From an uncultured Pseudomonadota bacterium (GTDB lineage: Bacteria > Myxococcota_A > UBA796 > SXON01): a DNA stretch of 64,000 nucleotides. Below the pieces are notes generated by a model that saw only the letters and a program-made list of their open reading frames with translations, made no database searches and had not been told where the DNA came from. Location: assembly GCA_903921785.1 (NCBI GenBank), contig CAIXRH010000132.1, positions 75,180-139,179 on the forward strand, in the 5' to 3' direction. Shown here piece after piece: positions 54,228 through 63,876 of the stretch. Numbering within the stretch: position 1 is the first letter of the stretch; each line of letters begins with the position of its first letter. The translations under genes and the position numbers were made by a program.

Positions 54228-54422
54228 ATGCTCGACATGAACCTGGTGGCGACGATGGCGATGGCGGTGGGCCTCGTGGGCGGCGCGGCGATGGCGTTGT
54301 GGACGCTTCCGTGGTCCGAAAAGGAGCTGCGGGCCGCCAACGCCGATCTCAAGGCCAGCGTGGCGCACGCCGCGCGGCCGCTTCACCTCGAGCGCGTGCA
54401 CGTGAGGGTGGCGGCGCGGTAG
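54228..54422 (+). CDS. Small (64 aa) single-pass membrane protein, unknown function
   Basis: AAGGAG (54217-54222) lies 5 nt before the ATG. MLDMNLVATMAMAVGLVGGAAMALWTLPW is a TM helix, followed by a charged/helical tail. It sits directly behind the strong promoter. Confidence 0.55.
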   Translation: MLDMNLVATMAMAVGLVGGAAMALWTLPWSEKELRAANADLKASVAHAARPLHLERVHVRVAAR

Positions 54423-54478
54423 TCGCCGCGCCCCCGGGGGCCACCGGGCGGCGCTCCGCAGGCGGATAACCTCCGCCC

Positions 54479-55129
54479 ATGTGCGGACGTTTCTCCCTCC
54501 ACCACCCCTCGGACGAGATCCACGAGGCGTTCAACATCGAGCGCCCGGTCTTCCTCTCCGAGCCGCGCTACAACATCGCCCCCACCCAGTCCATCGCGGT
54601 CGTGACTCCCGCCCGCGAGTTGGTCGGAATGCGCTGGGGGCTGGTGCCGCGCTGGTCGAAGGACGGAAAGCCGCTCATCAACGCCCGCGCCGAGACCGTC
54701 GCCGAAAAACCTTCCTTTCGGGAAGCGTTTCGCCGGCGCCGCGTGCTGGTTCCCGCCAGCGGCTTCTTCGAGTGGCGCACCGACGGCAAGCTGAAGGTGC
54801 CGTTGTACATCGAGGTGCACGAGGGGGCGCTCTTCGCCTTCGCGGCGATGTGGGAGCCGCCGGTGGCGCCCGGCGCCCCGCCAACCGTCGCGCTGTTGAC
54901 CACCGCGGCGAACGCCGCCATCGCCACCTTCCACGACCGCATGCCGGTGCTCGTACCCCGCGAGCTCCACGCCGCGTGGCTCGATCCCGAGAACCCCTCC
55001 CCCGAGGCGCTCCTCACTCAGTACCCGGCCTCCGCCTTCCGCATGCACACCGTCTCCAGCCGGGTGAACGGCGTGAAGGAGGACGACGCTACGTTGATCC
55101 TGCCGGAGCGCCGGGGTCTGTTCGGCTGA
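54479..55129 (+). CDS. SOS-response-associated peptidase (SRAP/YedK), abasic-site processing protein
   Basis: MCGRFSL (catalytic Cys2), YNIAPTQ, MRWGLVPRW, INARAETV, PASGFFEW. Confidence 0.9.
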   Translation: MCGRFSLHHPSDEIHEAFNIERPVFLSEPRYNIAPTQSIAVVTPARELVGMRWGLVPRWSKDGKPLINARAETVAEKPSFREAFRRRRVLVPASGFFEWRTDGKLKVPLYIEVHEGALFAFAAMWEPPVAPGAPPTVALLTTAANAAIATFHDRMPVLVPRELHAAWLDPENPSPEALLTQYPASAFRMHTVSSRVNGVKEDDATLILPERRGLFG

Positions 55130-55133
55130 CAAG

Positions 55134-55180
55134 GTGGCGGGGGCTCCGCCCGGGCTCTCCCGGGCGGAGCCGGGCCACCG
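55134..55180. terminator. Long GC hairpin at the convergent SRAP / pruA junction (possible bidirectional terminator, no T-tract)
   Basis: An 11-bp perfect stem ctccgcccggg (55145-55155) / cccgggcggag (55060+100=55160-55170), plus an outer ggtggc (55134-55139) / gccacc (55175-55180). Confidence 0.45.
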
Positions 55181-55318
55181 TCCCCACGCTCGGGTCGCCG
55201 TCGGACTCCCGGCACCGGCACCGGTTTCCGGCCAGCTACGCGCCGTGCGGCCACCGTCGCCTGCGGCCGAGCAGCCCTGCTGCCGCCAGGACGGGGCCTC
55301 CCCCCTCCGGCGCCTGGA

Positions 55319-56941
55319 TCAACCCAGGAAGGGGTATCGCCAGTCGGTGGGCGGAGTGAACGTCTCCTTGATGGAGCGCGGCGACACCCAGCGAATCAGG
55401 TTCGCGGCGGCGCCGGCCTTGTCGTTGGTGCCGCTGGCCCGGGCGCCGCCGAACGGCTGCTGCCCCACGACCGCACCGGTCGGCTTGTCGTTGATGTAGA
55501 AGTTGCCGGCCGCGTGGCGCAGCGCCACGAGCGCCTCTTCCACCGCCCTCCGGTCGTTCGCGAACACCGCCCCGGTGAGCGCATAGGGCGAAGTCTGGTC
55601 GACGATTTGCAGGGTCTGCGCCCAGTCCGCGTCCTCGTACACGTAGGCGCCGACGATGGGGCCGAAGAGCTCGGTCTCCATCAGGGCGTGGCGGGGGTCG
55701 CTCACCCGGGCCACCGTGGCCTCGACGAACCAGCCCGTGGAGCCGTCGGCGTGGCCGCCGGTCACGATCTCGGTCTCCGACCGGAGGCGATCGAGCCAGG
55801 CGGCGTGCTTACGGAACGCGCGTTCGTCGATCACGGCGCCGAGGAAGTTCGTGAAGTCCCGAATGTCTCCCTGCTTCATCTCCCCCACGATGCCGACGAG
55901 GTGCTCACGCACCGCCCCCCAGAGCGACCGTGGAACGTACACGCGGCTCGACGCCGAACACTTCTGCCCCTGGTACTCGAAGCTCCCGCGCGCGATCGCC
56001 ACGGCGAGCGAGCGGGCCTCGGCGCTGGGGTGGGCGACGATGAAGTCCTTGCCGCCCGTCTCCCCGACGATGCGCGGGTAGCTGCGGTAGTTGGCGATGT
56101 TCGCGCCGATGTCGCGCCACATCCCTTGGAAGACGCCCGTGCTGCCGGTGAAGTGCACCCCACCGAGCTCCGGCCGCGCGATGAGCCGGGGACCGACGTC
56201 GGGGCCGTCGCCGTTGAGCATGTTGATCACGCCGCCGGGCAGGCCGCAGCGCTCGAGGAGCTGGTACAGGTGCCAGGCCGAGAGCACCGAAGTGGTGGCC
56301 GGCTTCCAGATGACGGTGTTCCCGACCAGGGCCGGAGCCGTGGGCAGGTTCAGGGAGATGCTGGTGAAGTTGAAGGGTGCGACCGCGAAGACGAAGCCGT
56401 CGAGCGGGCGGAGGTCCGTGCGGTTCCACACCCCCGGGCTGTGCGCGGGAGGCTGCTCCTCGAGCATCTTCCGGTAGTAGGAAACATTGAACCGCCAGAA
56501 GTCGATGAGCTCACAGGCGGCGTCGATCTCCGCCTGATGCACGGTCTTGCTCTGGCCGAGCATGGTGGCGGCGTTCACGCGGTCGCGCCACGGCCCGGCG
56601 AGATTGTCCGCAGCGCGGAGGAGCACGGCGGCGCGGGCCTCCCAGGGCAGCGCGGCCCAGTCGTGGCGGGCCGATTCGGAAGCCGCGACCGCCGCCTCCA
56701 CCTCGGCAGGGCCGCAGAGGTGCACCCGCGCGAGCACATGCCCGTGGTCGTGCGGCATCCGCACCTCGCGCACCCGGCCGGTGTAGACGTACTTCCCGCC
56801 GATCACGCACGGGATCTCGATCACCTCGCCAGACTGCTTTGCCAGCTCACGCTCCAGCGAGGCCCGTTCGGCGCTGGCGGGCGCATAGCCCTTCACGGGT
56901 TCATTCACGGGCGGGGGGACGTGGGCGATGGAGGCGAACAT
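55319..56941 (-). CDS. pruA: L-glutamate gamma-semialdehyde (1-pyrroline-5-carboxylate) dehydrogenase
   Basis: 540 aa aldehyde dehydrogenase with the P5CDH-type N-terminus (NEPVKGYAPASAERASL...), FAVAPFNFTSI, FTGSTGVF, ETGGKDF, EYQGQKCSASSR. Confidence 0.85.
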   Translation of the reverse strand: MFASIAHVPPPVNEPVKGYAPASAERASLERELAKQSGEVIEIPCVIGGKYVYTGRVREVRMPHDHGHVLARVHLCGPAEVEAAVAASESARHDWAALPWEARAAVLLRAADNLAGPWRDRVNAATMLGQSKTVHQAEIDAACELIDFWRFNVSYYRKMLEEQPPAHSPGVWNRTDLRPLDGFVFAVAPFNFTSISLNLPTAPALVGNTVIWKPATTSVLSAWHLYQLLERCGLPGGVINMLNGDGPDVGPRLIARPELGGVHFTGSTGVFQGMWRDIGANIANYRSYPRIVGETGGKDFIVAHPSAEARSLAVAIARGSFEYQGQKCSASSRVYVPRSLWGAVREHLVGIVGEMKQGDIRDFTNFLGAVIDERAFRKHAAWLDRLRSETEIVTGGHADGSTGWFVEATVARVSDPRHALMETELFGPIVGAYVYEDADWAQTLQIVDQTSPYALTGAVFANDRRAVEEALVALRHAAGNFYINDKPTGAVVGQQPFGGARASGTNDKAGAAANLIRWVSPRSIKETFTPPTDWRYPFLG

Positions 56942-56971
56942 GCCCGCGAGGCTAACCCTTGCAGCGCGCAG

Positions 56972-58072
56972 CTACCCGCAAAGCCGCGCCACGATCTCAC
57001 CGACGACGCCCACCGTCCGCTCCAATTCGCCGCGTTCCACGAACTCGTCCGCCTTGTGCGCGACGTCGATGCTGCCGGGTCCGAAGACCAGCGGCGCCAT
57101 GCCCAGCTGCGCCAGGTTGCCGCCATCGGTGGCGAAGGCGACGGCGCCCGCGCCCGGCGCGCTCGCGTACGGACGCAGCGCCACCTCGAGCGCGGTGCCC
57201 TCGGGCGTGAACATCGCCGGCGCACCCGGCCGCAGCTCCACCGTCCCCAGCGCCCCAATCCGCTCGCGCATCTGCGCGACCAGTGCCTCCTCCATCATCC
57301 CGGGCAAAGGCCGAAACCCGACCTCGATCACGCACCGGTCGGGCACAATGTTGATGGCACTCCCACCTTCAATCGTGGCCACGTTGAGGACGACGAAGGG
57401 CCGTTCGAGGAGCTCCGGGAAGCGGATGTCCCGACGCCAGTCTTCGGCGAGGGTCTCCAGCGCGTCGATCACCTTGGCGGCCTTCCGGATCGCGTTGTCC
57501 CCCAGGTCAGGCTTGCTTGAGTGCGCGGCACGGCCGGGGCAGACGATGCGCGCCGCGCTGTGTCCGGGGTGCATCCGCTGGACGCGGAAGCCCGTGGGCT
57601 CGCCGATCAGGCACGCCCTTGGGAGCCGCCGACCGGCGAGCCGCTCCACCAGCGCCCGCGAGCCAAGGCAGCCGACCTCCTCATCGCAGGTGAAAACGAG
57701 GACGAGCTCTCGCTCCAATCGGGGGAGCGAGGGCAGGGCTTCAAGCACGGCCGCCACGAAACCTTTCATGTCGGCGCTGCCCCGCCCGACAAGCCGGTCG
57801 CCGCGGGCGGTCAGGCGGAAGGGGTCGCTCGTCCATGGCTGGCCTTGCACCGGCACGACATCGAGGTGGCCGCTGAGCACGAGGCCATCGGTCCCCGCGG
57901 GGCCCCGGCTGCACACCAGGTTGGTCTTGCCCTCCCCTGGCGCGGGGAACCGCTCCACCCGCATCCCCGCCGCCTCGCACCGCTCCGCCACGATGGCGGC
58001 GATGCCGAGCATGGGCTCACTGGAGACGGAGGGTTCGGCGACGAGGCGCGCCAGGGTGTCGACGACGGGCAT
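56972..58072 (-). CDS. M20-family metallopeptidase, acetylornithine deacetylase (ArgE)-like
   Basis: LVLSGHLDVVPVQGQPWTSDPF, GRGSADMKG, VFTCDEEVG. The preferred start is ATG 58072 (MPVVDTLARL); the ORF-track start is 58216. Confidence 0.78.
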   Translation of the reverse strand: MPVVDTLARLVAEPSVSSEPMLGIAAIVAERCEAAGMRVERFPAPGEGKTNLVCSRGPAGTDGLVLSGHLDVVPVQGQPWTSDPFRLTARGDRLVGRGSADMKGFVAAVLEALPSLPRLERELVLVFTCDEEVGCLGSRALVERLAGRRLPRACLIGEPTGFRVQRMHPGHSAARIVCPGRAAHSSKPDLGDNAIRKAAKVIDALETLAEDWRRDIRFPELLERPFVVLNVATIEGGSAINIVPDRCVIEVGFRPLPGMMEEALVAQMRERIGALGTVELRPGAPAMFTPEGTALEVALRPYASAPGAGAVAFATDGGNLAQLGMAPLVFGPGSIDVAHKADEFVERGELERTVGVVGEIVARLCG

Positions 58073-58097
58073 GCGGCATGGGTAACCGCCGCCCGCT

Positions 58098-59660
58098 TCA
58101 GAAGTTGACCGTCGCCCCCAAGCCCACGTCGGCCACGGGCGCGCGGAGGTCGAGCCCGTCCTGGAGAAGCGGCTTGAAGGTTTCCAGGTCGGTGCCGTCG
58201 AGCACCGAGGCATCAATGTTCTCGTTGGGATCGAGGTGATAGCTGAAGTGGAACTCGCCCGTTTCGCCGTAGTACACGCTCGCGTAGGCGTTGAGGGTCA
58301 GGAGGGTGTTGACCCGGGTGGAGACGTCCAGGCGCGACACGTAGCTGTGGTCACTGAGGTTCCCCAGGGTGGAGGCAGTGAAGCTCGTGTCGTCCCAGCG
58401 TCCCGGCGAGGGCGCCGCCACGTAGGCGCCGAAGTAGTCCTGGCCAGTGTAGAAAGGCTGGTAGGCGCCGCTGAGGAACAACCAGGGGAGGAGCTTGGCG
58501 TCCGCGTACCCGGCGCCATTGTGGAAGTACTCGGCGCCCACGTAGACGGTGTCGTCGTCCCCGACCTTGAACCCCACCTCAGCCCCCGCGACCACCTGGG
58601 GGATCCACTCGTCCGAGCGGTCCACCTCGGTGGGGAAGCTCAGCGCGTCCACCGCGCTGCCATCCATGAAGTCCTCGATCGTGAGATCGGGCAGGGCGTC
58701 GATGTCGAACTTGCCCTTGTAGTAGGTCGACTTATCCCCGTGCTTCACCGTCCCTTCGACGTGCAGGTCCACCGGGCCGAGGCCCACGGAGGCATCCGCG
58801 CCGAGGCGCAGCGGATCGCCCTTGCGAGCCGCTGCGGAGAGCGCGATCTCGGAGGGACCGAGGACCCACTCGGTGCGCAACGCGCCGCCCACCTGGTCGA
58901 AGGTGTCGGCCCCGTCGAAGTTGGCCACGGCGTAGAGGTTTGCGCCGATCGACTCGATGGGCACGTGCACCTTCAGCAGCGTCACCCCGGTGCGCTCGTC
59001 GAAAACGGTGGCGTTGAGCGCGTCCAGCGTCTGCTGGTTCATGAAGTCGGTCGGGTTCCAGAACCGGCCGCTGCCCCACTTGATGCGCTGTCGGCCGGTG
59101 GTGATGTACACCCGATTCGCCACGTCGAACTTCAACCAGAGCTGGTCGAGCGAGACGGAGCCGGACTCAAGCGCGTTGCCGAACGAGTCGGTGTCGCCCG
59201 CCGCCACGGTGAAGTCGTACTTCATTCGCGCTTGCGCGTAGCCGCGCACGTGATCGTTCGGCCGGATGTCGGTGAACAAGTCGAGGAGGTTCGGAGAGGA
59301 GTAGGGCGTCTTGGCGAAGTCCGTGTCCTCGGCGAACGACGCGGCCCCCCGGAGGTACAGCTTGCCCCCGATGGTGAGCCGGGTGTCCGCGAGGCCGAGC
59401 CGCGAGGCGATGTCCCCGTTGGTGGTCTCCTGGATCTGCACCTCGCCCATGTCGGTGGTCGTGCTGGCGACCGGGGTCAGCGGCGCCCCGCCACCACCGA
59501 ACATTGCGTCTTCATCGACGCTGGACGCCGGCGGAGCGTCGCCGCCCTGGGCCGGGGGCGCGTCGCCGCCCGCTGGCGGCGTGGACCCGTCGGCGGGAGG
59601 GGACTCGTCGCCGGCCTGGGCCGGAGCGACGAAGGCCAGGACGAAGATGAGGCTGGTCAT
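58098..59660 (-). CDS. Outer-membrane beta-barrel protein (DUF1302 / alginate-export-like GRQ..WG motif)
   Basis: Signal MTSLIFVLAFVAPAQA, a Pro/Gly-rich linker, TTGRQRIKWGSGRFWNPTDF, alternating strands and a terminal ...LGATVNF (aromatic C-terminus). Confidence 0.6.
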   Translation of the reverse strand: MTSLIFVLAFVAPAQAGDESPPADGSTPPAGGDAPPAQGGDAPPASSVDEDAMFGGGGAPLTPVASTTTDMGEVQIQETTNGDIASRLGLADTRLTIGGKLYLRGAASFAEDTDFAKTPYSSPNLLDLFTDIRPNDHVRGYAQARMKYDFTVAAGDTDSFGNALESGSVSLDQLWLKFDVANRVYITTGRQRIKWGSGRFWNPTDFMNQQTLDALNATVFDERTGVTLLKVHVPIESIGANLYAVANFDGADTFDQVGGALRTEWVLGPSEIALSAAARKGDPLRLGADASVGLGPVDLHVEGTVKHGDKSTYYKGKFDIDALPDLTIEDFMDGSAVDALSFPTEVDRSDEWIPQVVAGAEVGFKVGDDDTVYVGAEYFHNGAGYADAKLLPWLFLSGAYQPFYTGQDYFGAYVAAPSPGRWDDTSFTASTLGNLSDHSYVSRLDVSTRVNTLLTLNAYASVYYGETGEFHFSYHLDPNENIDASVLDGTDLETFKPLLQDGLDLRAPVADVGLGATVNF

Positions 59661-59676
59661 GGGCGCCTCCGCGGGC

Positions 59677-60429
59677 TCAGCGGCTCTTGGACTCGAGCCA
59701 GGCCTTGGTGAAGATGTTGGGGTCCAGCGCGTCGAGGGCGACCTCCTGGATCACGACCGTGGTCTGGGTACCCTTCTCCACTTCGTCGATGATCCGGATC
59801 TCCTTGGGAAAGTAGACCTCGGCGTTCTTGGACTTGGAGAAGACCTTGTTCCAGGCCGGGTAGTAGGTGGTGCGCAGGAGCTTGCCGGAGTCGGCGTAGT
59901 CCTGGCGCTTCAGCACGTTGCCGGTGCTCTTGTCGACCCACAGGTCGCATACCGGGTAGGCCACGTCCTTGCCGGGGATCATCTTGAGCTTGAGGTGTTC
60001 GACCTGGTACTGGCCGAGCTTCTCCTCCGCCACGAAGGTCGGCGCGTACTCCTCGTGCAGCCGGGACTGGTCGAAGTCCTGCCGATTCGAGCCCGTGCCG
60101 CCGATCCGCTCGCGCTCCGTACGCCGGTCCCACTTGCCCACCGTGGGGTCGTAGAGGAACAGGTTGTTGTCGAGGCGGAGGTAGCCCTTTCCCGCCTCGG
60201 ACTGCGGCTTCACGAACAGGATCACCAACTGGTCGTTGGCGTCGCGGCGGTAGATGACCGCCTGGTACACGAGGTCGGACTTCCCGGCCTCCTTGTTCTC
60301 GATGTACACGAGGCTCTTGTAGTCGCCCGTGTTCTGCTGGCGGTCGTCGATGACCGTCAGCATCTTCACCATGTCGGCGTCGGAGGGCGCAGCGAAGGCG
60401 AGGACCGTGGAAAAGAGTAGGGCCAACAT
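59677..60429 (-). CDS. LolA-like 'outer membrane lipoprotein-sorting' family protein
   Basis: Signal MLALLFSTVLAFA. The pattern ...MLTVIDDRQQNTGDYKSLVYIE...LVILFVKPQSEAGKGYLRLDNNLFLYDPTVGKW... is typical of LolA_like proteins encoded next to FtsX/RND exporters. Confidence 0.65.
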   Translation of the reverse strand: MLALLFSTVLAFAAPSDADMVKMLTVIDDRQQNTGDYKSLVYIENKEAGKSDLVYQAVIYRRDANDQLVILFVKPQSEAGKGYLRLDNNLFLYDPTVGKWDRRTERERIGGTGSNRQDFDQSRLHEEYAPTFVAEEKLGQYQVEHLKLKMIPGKDVAYPVCDLWVDKSTGNVLKRQDYADSGKLLRTTYYPAWNKVFSKSKNAEVYFPKEIRIIDEVEKGTQTTVVIQEVALDALDPNIFTKAWLESKSR

Positions 60430-60444
60430 GGAAACCTCAGAGGG

Positions 60445-61788
60445 TCAGGAGGTGTAGCCGAGGGCGACGATGGGGCGAAGGCGGGCGCCGCGAGCCGCGG
60501 GCCAGAGCGCCGCGAGGCCGGTGCAGGAGGTGAGCACGAAGATCACCTGCGCGAGGGTCGCGAACCGCACGGACATGTGGATGGTGTCGGAGAGCAGGAT
60601 CGCCTTCATCGCGTCGATCGGGGCCGGGAACCCCGCGGCGTCGATCGCCATGCTCAGCCCCGCGCCGACGGTGGCGCCCATCACGGTGGCGAAGAGCCCG
60701 AGCATCGATGCTTCAATGAGGAAGAGCACGAGGACCCGGCTACGGTGGATGCCGATGGCCCGCATCGTCCCGATCTCGCGAGTGCGCTCCCGAACGATGT
60801 TGAACATCGTGTTGATGATCCCGATGGCCACGATGACGAGCAGCACGGCGGCGATGAACACGCTCACCAGGTTGAACACATCCAGGATTCGCACCAGGAA
60901 CGAGACTTCGTCGCGCCAGATGGTGACGTCGAGCTTCTGGCCGGTCCAATCCTCGCCGGCGACCCCTTCGAACTTGAAGAAGAAGGGGTTGGGATCGTGG
61001 TCCATGAGCTGGAAGCCGGCTTGGGCCAGCGCAACCCGCAGGGTGCCCATGACCGCTTCGGCCTGGTCGATGTCCTTGAGGTAGATCCAGAAGGCGCCGG
61101 CGGTGTCTTCGTTGAGCTTGTAGACCTTGCGAAGCGTCTCTGCCTCGCCGAGCACGGAGAAGCTCGACAACATCCCCAAGTCTCGGGCAACGGCCACCAC
61201 GCGCAGGTCGATCGTGTTGGTGCGACCGTCGCTGGTCTCGGTGACGAAGGTGAGGTCGTCGCCGACCTCCACCTCCATGCGGCGAGCCTGGTTCGCGAAG
61301 ATGATGACCGCGCCCGGCTCAGCGATTCGGGTCGCATCCCCGAGGACTTCGTGCTTGCCGCCGTCGACGTACTCGTCCTGGAAGGCGAGTTGGAGCGTCT
61401 CCAGGAAGTGCGGCTCACCCGCGAGGGTGACGCCGGTGTAGCCGGCTTGGACGGTGCCACCCGGGCCTACGAACTTCCCCCAGCCGCGGCCGCGGGAAAC
61501 GATGTAGTCGAGGCCCGGGGTGGAGTCCTCGATGACCTTGCGCACCTTGGCCGCGTCGGTCACCAGCGGGAGCGCCTGGCTCGGACTCGGCTTGTAGAAC
61601 CCGGCGACGACCACGTGACCGGCGGAGAGCGTGGTCGCGCTCTTCACCAGGTTGTCGGCGATGCCCTGGCTCAGCGAGAGCAGAAGCACCAACAGCAGCG
61701 TGACCAGCCCGATGGCGCCGGAGAGCAGCGCGGTACGCCGACGCGCCTGCACCAGGTTGCGGAAGGCGATGATGAAGAGGACGCCCAT
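60445..61788 (-). CDS. ABC transporter permease, FtsX/MacB-type (4 TM plus periplasmic domain)
   Basis: IAFRNLVQARRRTALL..., a large periplasmic loop and a C-terminal FtsX domain with REIGTMRAIGIHR. Confidence 0.85.
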   Translation of the reverse strand: MGVLFIIAFRNLVQARRRTALLSGAIGLVTLLLVLLLSLSQGIADNLVKSATTLSAGHVVVAGFYKPSPSQALPLVTDAAKVRKVIEDSTPGLDYIVSRGRGWGKFVGPGGTVQAGYTGVTLAGEPHFLETLQLAFQDEYVDGGKHEVLGDATRIAEPGAVIIFANQARRMEVEVGDDLTFVTETSDGRTNTIDLRVVAVARDLGMLSSFSVLGEAETLRKVYKLNEDTAGAFWIYLKDIDQAEAVMGTLRVALAQAGFQLMDHDPNPFFFKFEGVAGEDWTGQKLDVTIWRDEVSFLVRILDVFNLVSVFIAAVLLVIVAIGIINTMFNIVRERTREIGTMRAIGIHRSRVLVLFLIEASMLGLFATVMGATVGAGLSMAIDAAGFPAPIDAMKAILLSDTIHMSVRFATLAQVIFVLTSCTGLAALWPAARGARLRPIVALGYTS

Positions 61789-61791
61789 GGC

Positions 61792-63876
61792 TCACTCCTT
61801 CCCTTGCAGCGCCACGACCGGCGGCACGTCGGCCGCGAGCCAGGCGGGGTAGATCGTCGCCAGGAGGCTGACGACCTGTACGATCACGATCCCAAGGATC
61901 ATGCTGGGGATACTCTGCTCGGGATACATCGCTTTCCCCCCGAAGAGCACGCTGAGGAAGTCGTTGCCCGCAGGGATGCCCACGGTGTGGAGCCAGTTGA
62001 CGAAGAGCCCCGAGAACGTCGCGCCGATGCACGCCGAGACCAGCCCGACGAACTGCGACTCCACCACGAACATCCAGGTGACGAAGCGCGCCTGGGCGCC
62101 GAGGGCGCGCATCGTGCCGATCTCGCTGGTGCGCTCCAACGTCGCGAGCACCAACGCAATGTTGATGATGACGATGGCCACAAGGAACAGCACCAAGACC
62201 GCGATGAACAGCACCAACTGGATCACCATCGCCGCCTGACCCACGAAGCCGCTCGCCTGCTTCCAGCCGACCACGGTCAGCTTGAGCCCAGCGTCCCCGA
62301 GGGCCTTCTCCACGGCGGTCTTGCCGACCTCGGCCTGCTCCGGGTTCTTCAGGAAGATCGCGGTGCTCGTGGCGACGCCATGGTCGACCTCGTCCTGCGT
62401 GAAGGTGGTGATCTCCCGTTCCTCCGCCCGACCGAAGGTGACGGAGTCGAGCCCCGTGAGCGCCTCGGTGCTCGCCACGGTTGACTCGATCGAGCCGCCG
62501 CCGCCGAAGAGCTCGTCCTCGATGCTGCCCCCGCTCGCCCCGAGGTCCTTCGCGCCCACCGACGCCTTGATCCCGCTGAGCTCCGCCTGCTGCGACGCCG
62601 TCATCTTCCCGTAGATGTCGCGGAAGGTGAGCATGTCGACGAGCGAGTAGGCGCCCGCCGCCGCATCGTCCTTCGCGACGCCGGAGTAGTGGTAGACCCC
62701 GTACACCTTGACGTTGACCGACTTGAGGTAGCCGCTCTTGGTGAAGGCCCGGAGCGGGAGGGTGTCGCCCACGCTGATGTCGTAGAGGCGGATGTAGGGC
62801 GCGATGTCCGAGTAGAAGAACGCCTTGCGCTCGGAGAAGTTGTCGTCGCTGACCGCCAGGAAGGCCTTGAGCAGCCCCACCATGTCAGACTTGTCGTCCT
62901 TGAGCTCCGCGCGGAGCTTCGGCTCGAGGGCGCCCACCTCCTCCGTGTCGAGCTGGTAGAGCACCCGGCGATACTGCCGGCTCATCCTCTGCACCCGGTC
63001 GAAGAGGGTGCCGCTCGTGCCGATCTCGGTGCCCGAGGCGATCTCCTTCTCGATGAGATCGAGCTCGCGAGCGATCGGGTGTTTGATCATCAGCTCGTAG
63101 CTGCTCTCGTTGATGATGATCCCCCGCTCCCCCGGCGGCACCGTCGTACCGTGCACGATCTGCATGCGCGGGAAGTTGCTCTCGAACGCAGGGATATCGG
63201 TGCCGAGAAGCCGGAAGTAGTTGAGGCGTCCGTCCGTGGCCAGGGGGGCCACCGCGCCGTCCATCCAATCCATGGTCGCCACCGGGTCGGCGGCGAATTG
63301 GGCGGGGAAGTCTGCAGAGATCACCCGGTCGAGCGACGCCCGATCCTCGGTGAGCTTCTCCTGGTCTGCGGTGATGGTCCCGGAGAGGTCCAACTGCGGG
63401 CGGATGTCGCCGGCGATACGTTGCAGCCGCCCCACCAGCATCGTCTGCCGAGCCTGGTCGCCCGCCTTCACGGCGGCGCGGAGGTCTTCAAGCGAACGAT
63501 CCACCTCGTTGGCGCCGAACACCGTGGCGTTTCCGAGGCCGAAGGGCAACGTGGTGCGCACTTCGGGGACCTTGGCCAGGGTGTCCTGTACCGCCGAATA
63601 GTCGGGGATCTCCCCGTTGTCCGAGCCGCCGAAGTTCATGTCGCCCAGGAGCGAGAGCGGGTCGCGGGCGTCGGCGTCGTAGGCCTGGAGGTCGGCGGTG
63701 ATGCTGGTGGTGATGCTCTTGCGCATCACCTTGTCCAGGCTGCCGATGAGCGTGGCGCCGGTGACCAGCACGAACGTGCCGAAGACCAGGATCACCCCAA
63801 TCACCGAGTTCTTCACCATGTGGGTGCGCACGTTGCGGATCGCGAGCCGCAACATGAGCATGAGGCCGGCGATCAT
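61792..63876 (-). CDS. ABC transporter permease, FtsX/MacB-type with an extended periplasmic domain
   Basis: The preferred start is ATG 63876 (MIAGLMLMLRLAIRNVRTHMVKN), which overlaps the ATPase stop (ATGA). C-terminal FtsX domain with SEIGTMRALGAQ. Confidence 0.85.
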   Translation of the reverse strand: MIAGLMLMLRLAIRNVRTHMVKNSVIGVILVFGTFVLVTGATLIGSLDKVMRKSITTSITADLQAYDADARDPLSLLGDMNFGGSDNGEIPDYSAVQDTLAKVPEVRTTLPFGLGNATVFGANEVDRSLEDLRAAVKAGDQARQTMLVGRLQRIAGDIRPQLDLSGTITADQEKLTEDRASLDRVISADFPAQFAADPVATMDWMDGAVAPLATDGRLNYFRLLGTDIPAFESNFPRMQIVHGTTVPPGERGIIINESSYELMIKHPIARELDLIEKEIASGTEIGTSGTLFDRVQRMSRQYRRVLYQLDTEEVGALEPKLRAELKDDKSDMVGLLKAFLAVSDDNFSERKAFFYSDIAPYIRLYDISVGDTLPLRAFTKSGYLKSVNVKVYGVYHYSGVAKDDAAAGAYSLVDMLTFRDIYGKMTASQQAELSGIKASVGAKDLGASGGSIEDELFGGGGSIESTVASTEALTGLDSVTFGRAEEREITTFTQDEVDHGVATSTAIFLKNPEQAEVGKTAVEKALGDAGLKLTVVGWKQASGFVGQAAMVIQLVLFIAVLVLFLVAIVIINIALVLATLERTSEIGTMRALGAQARFVTWMFVVESQFVGLVSACIGATFSGLFVNWLHTVGIPAGNDFLSVLFGGKAMYPEQSIPSMILGIVIVQVVSLLATIYPAWLAADVPPVVALQGKE

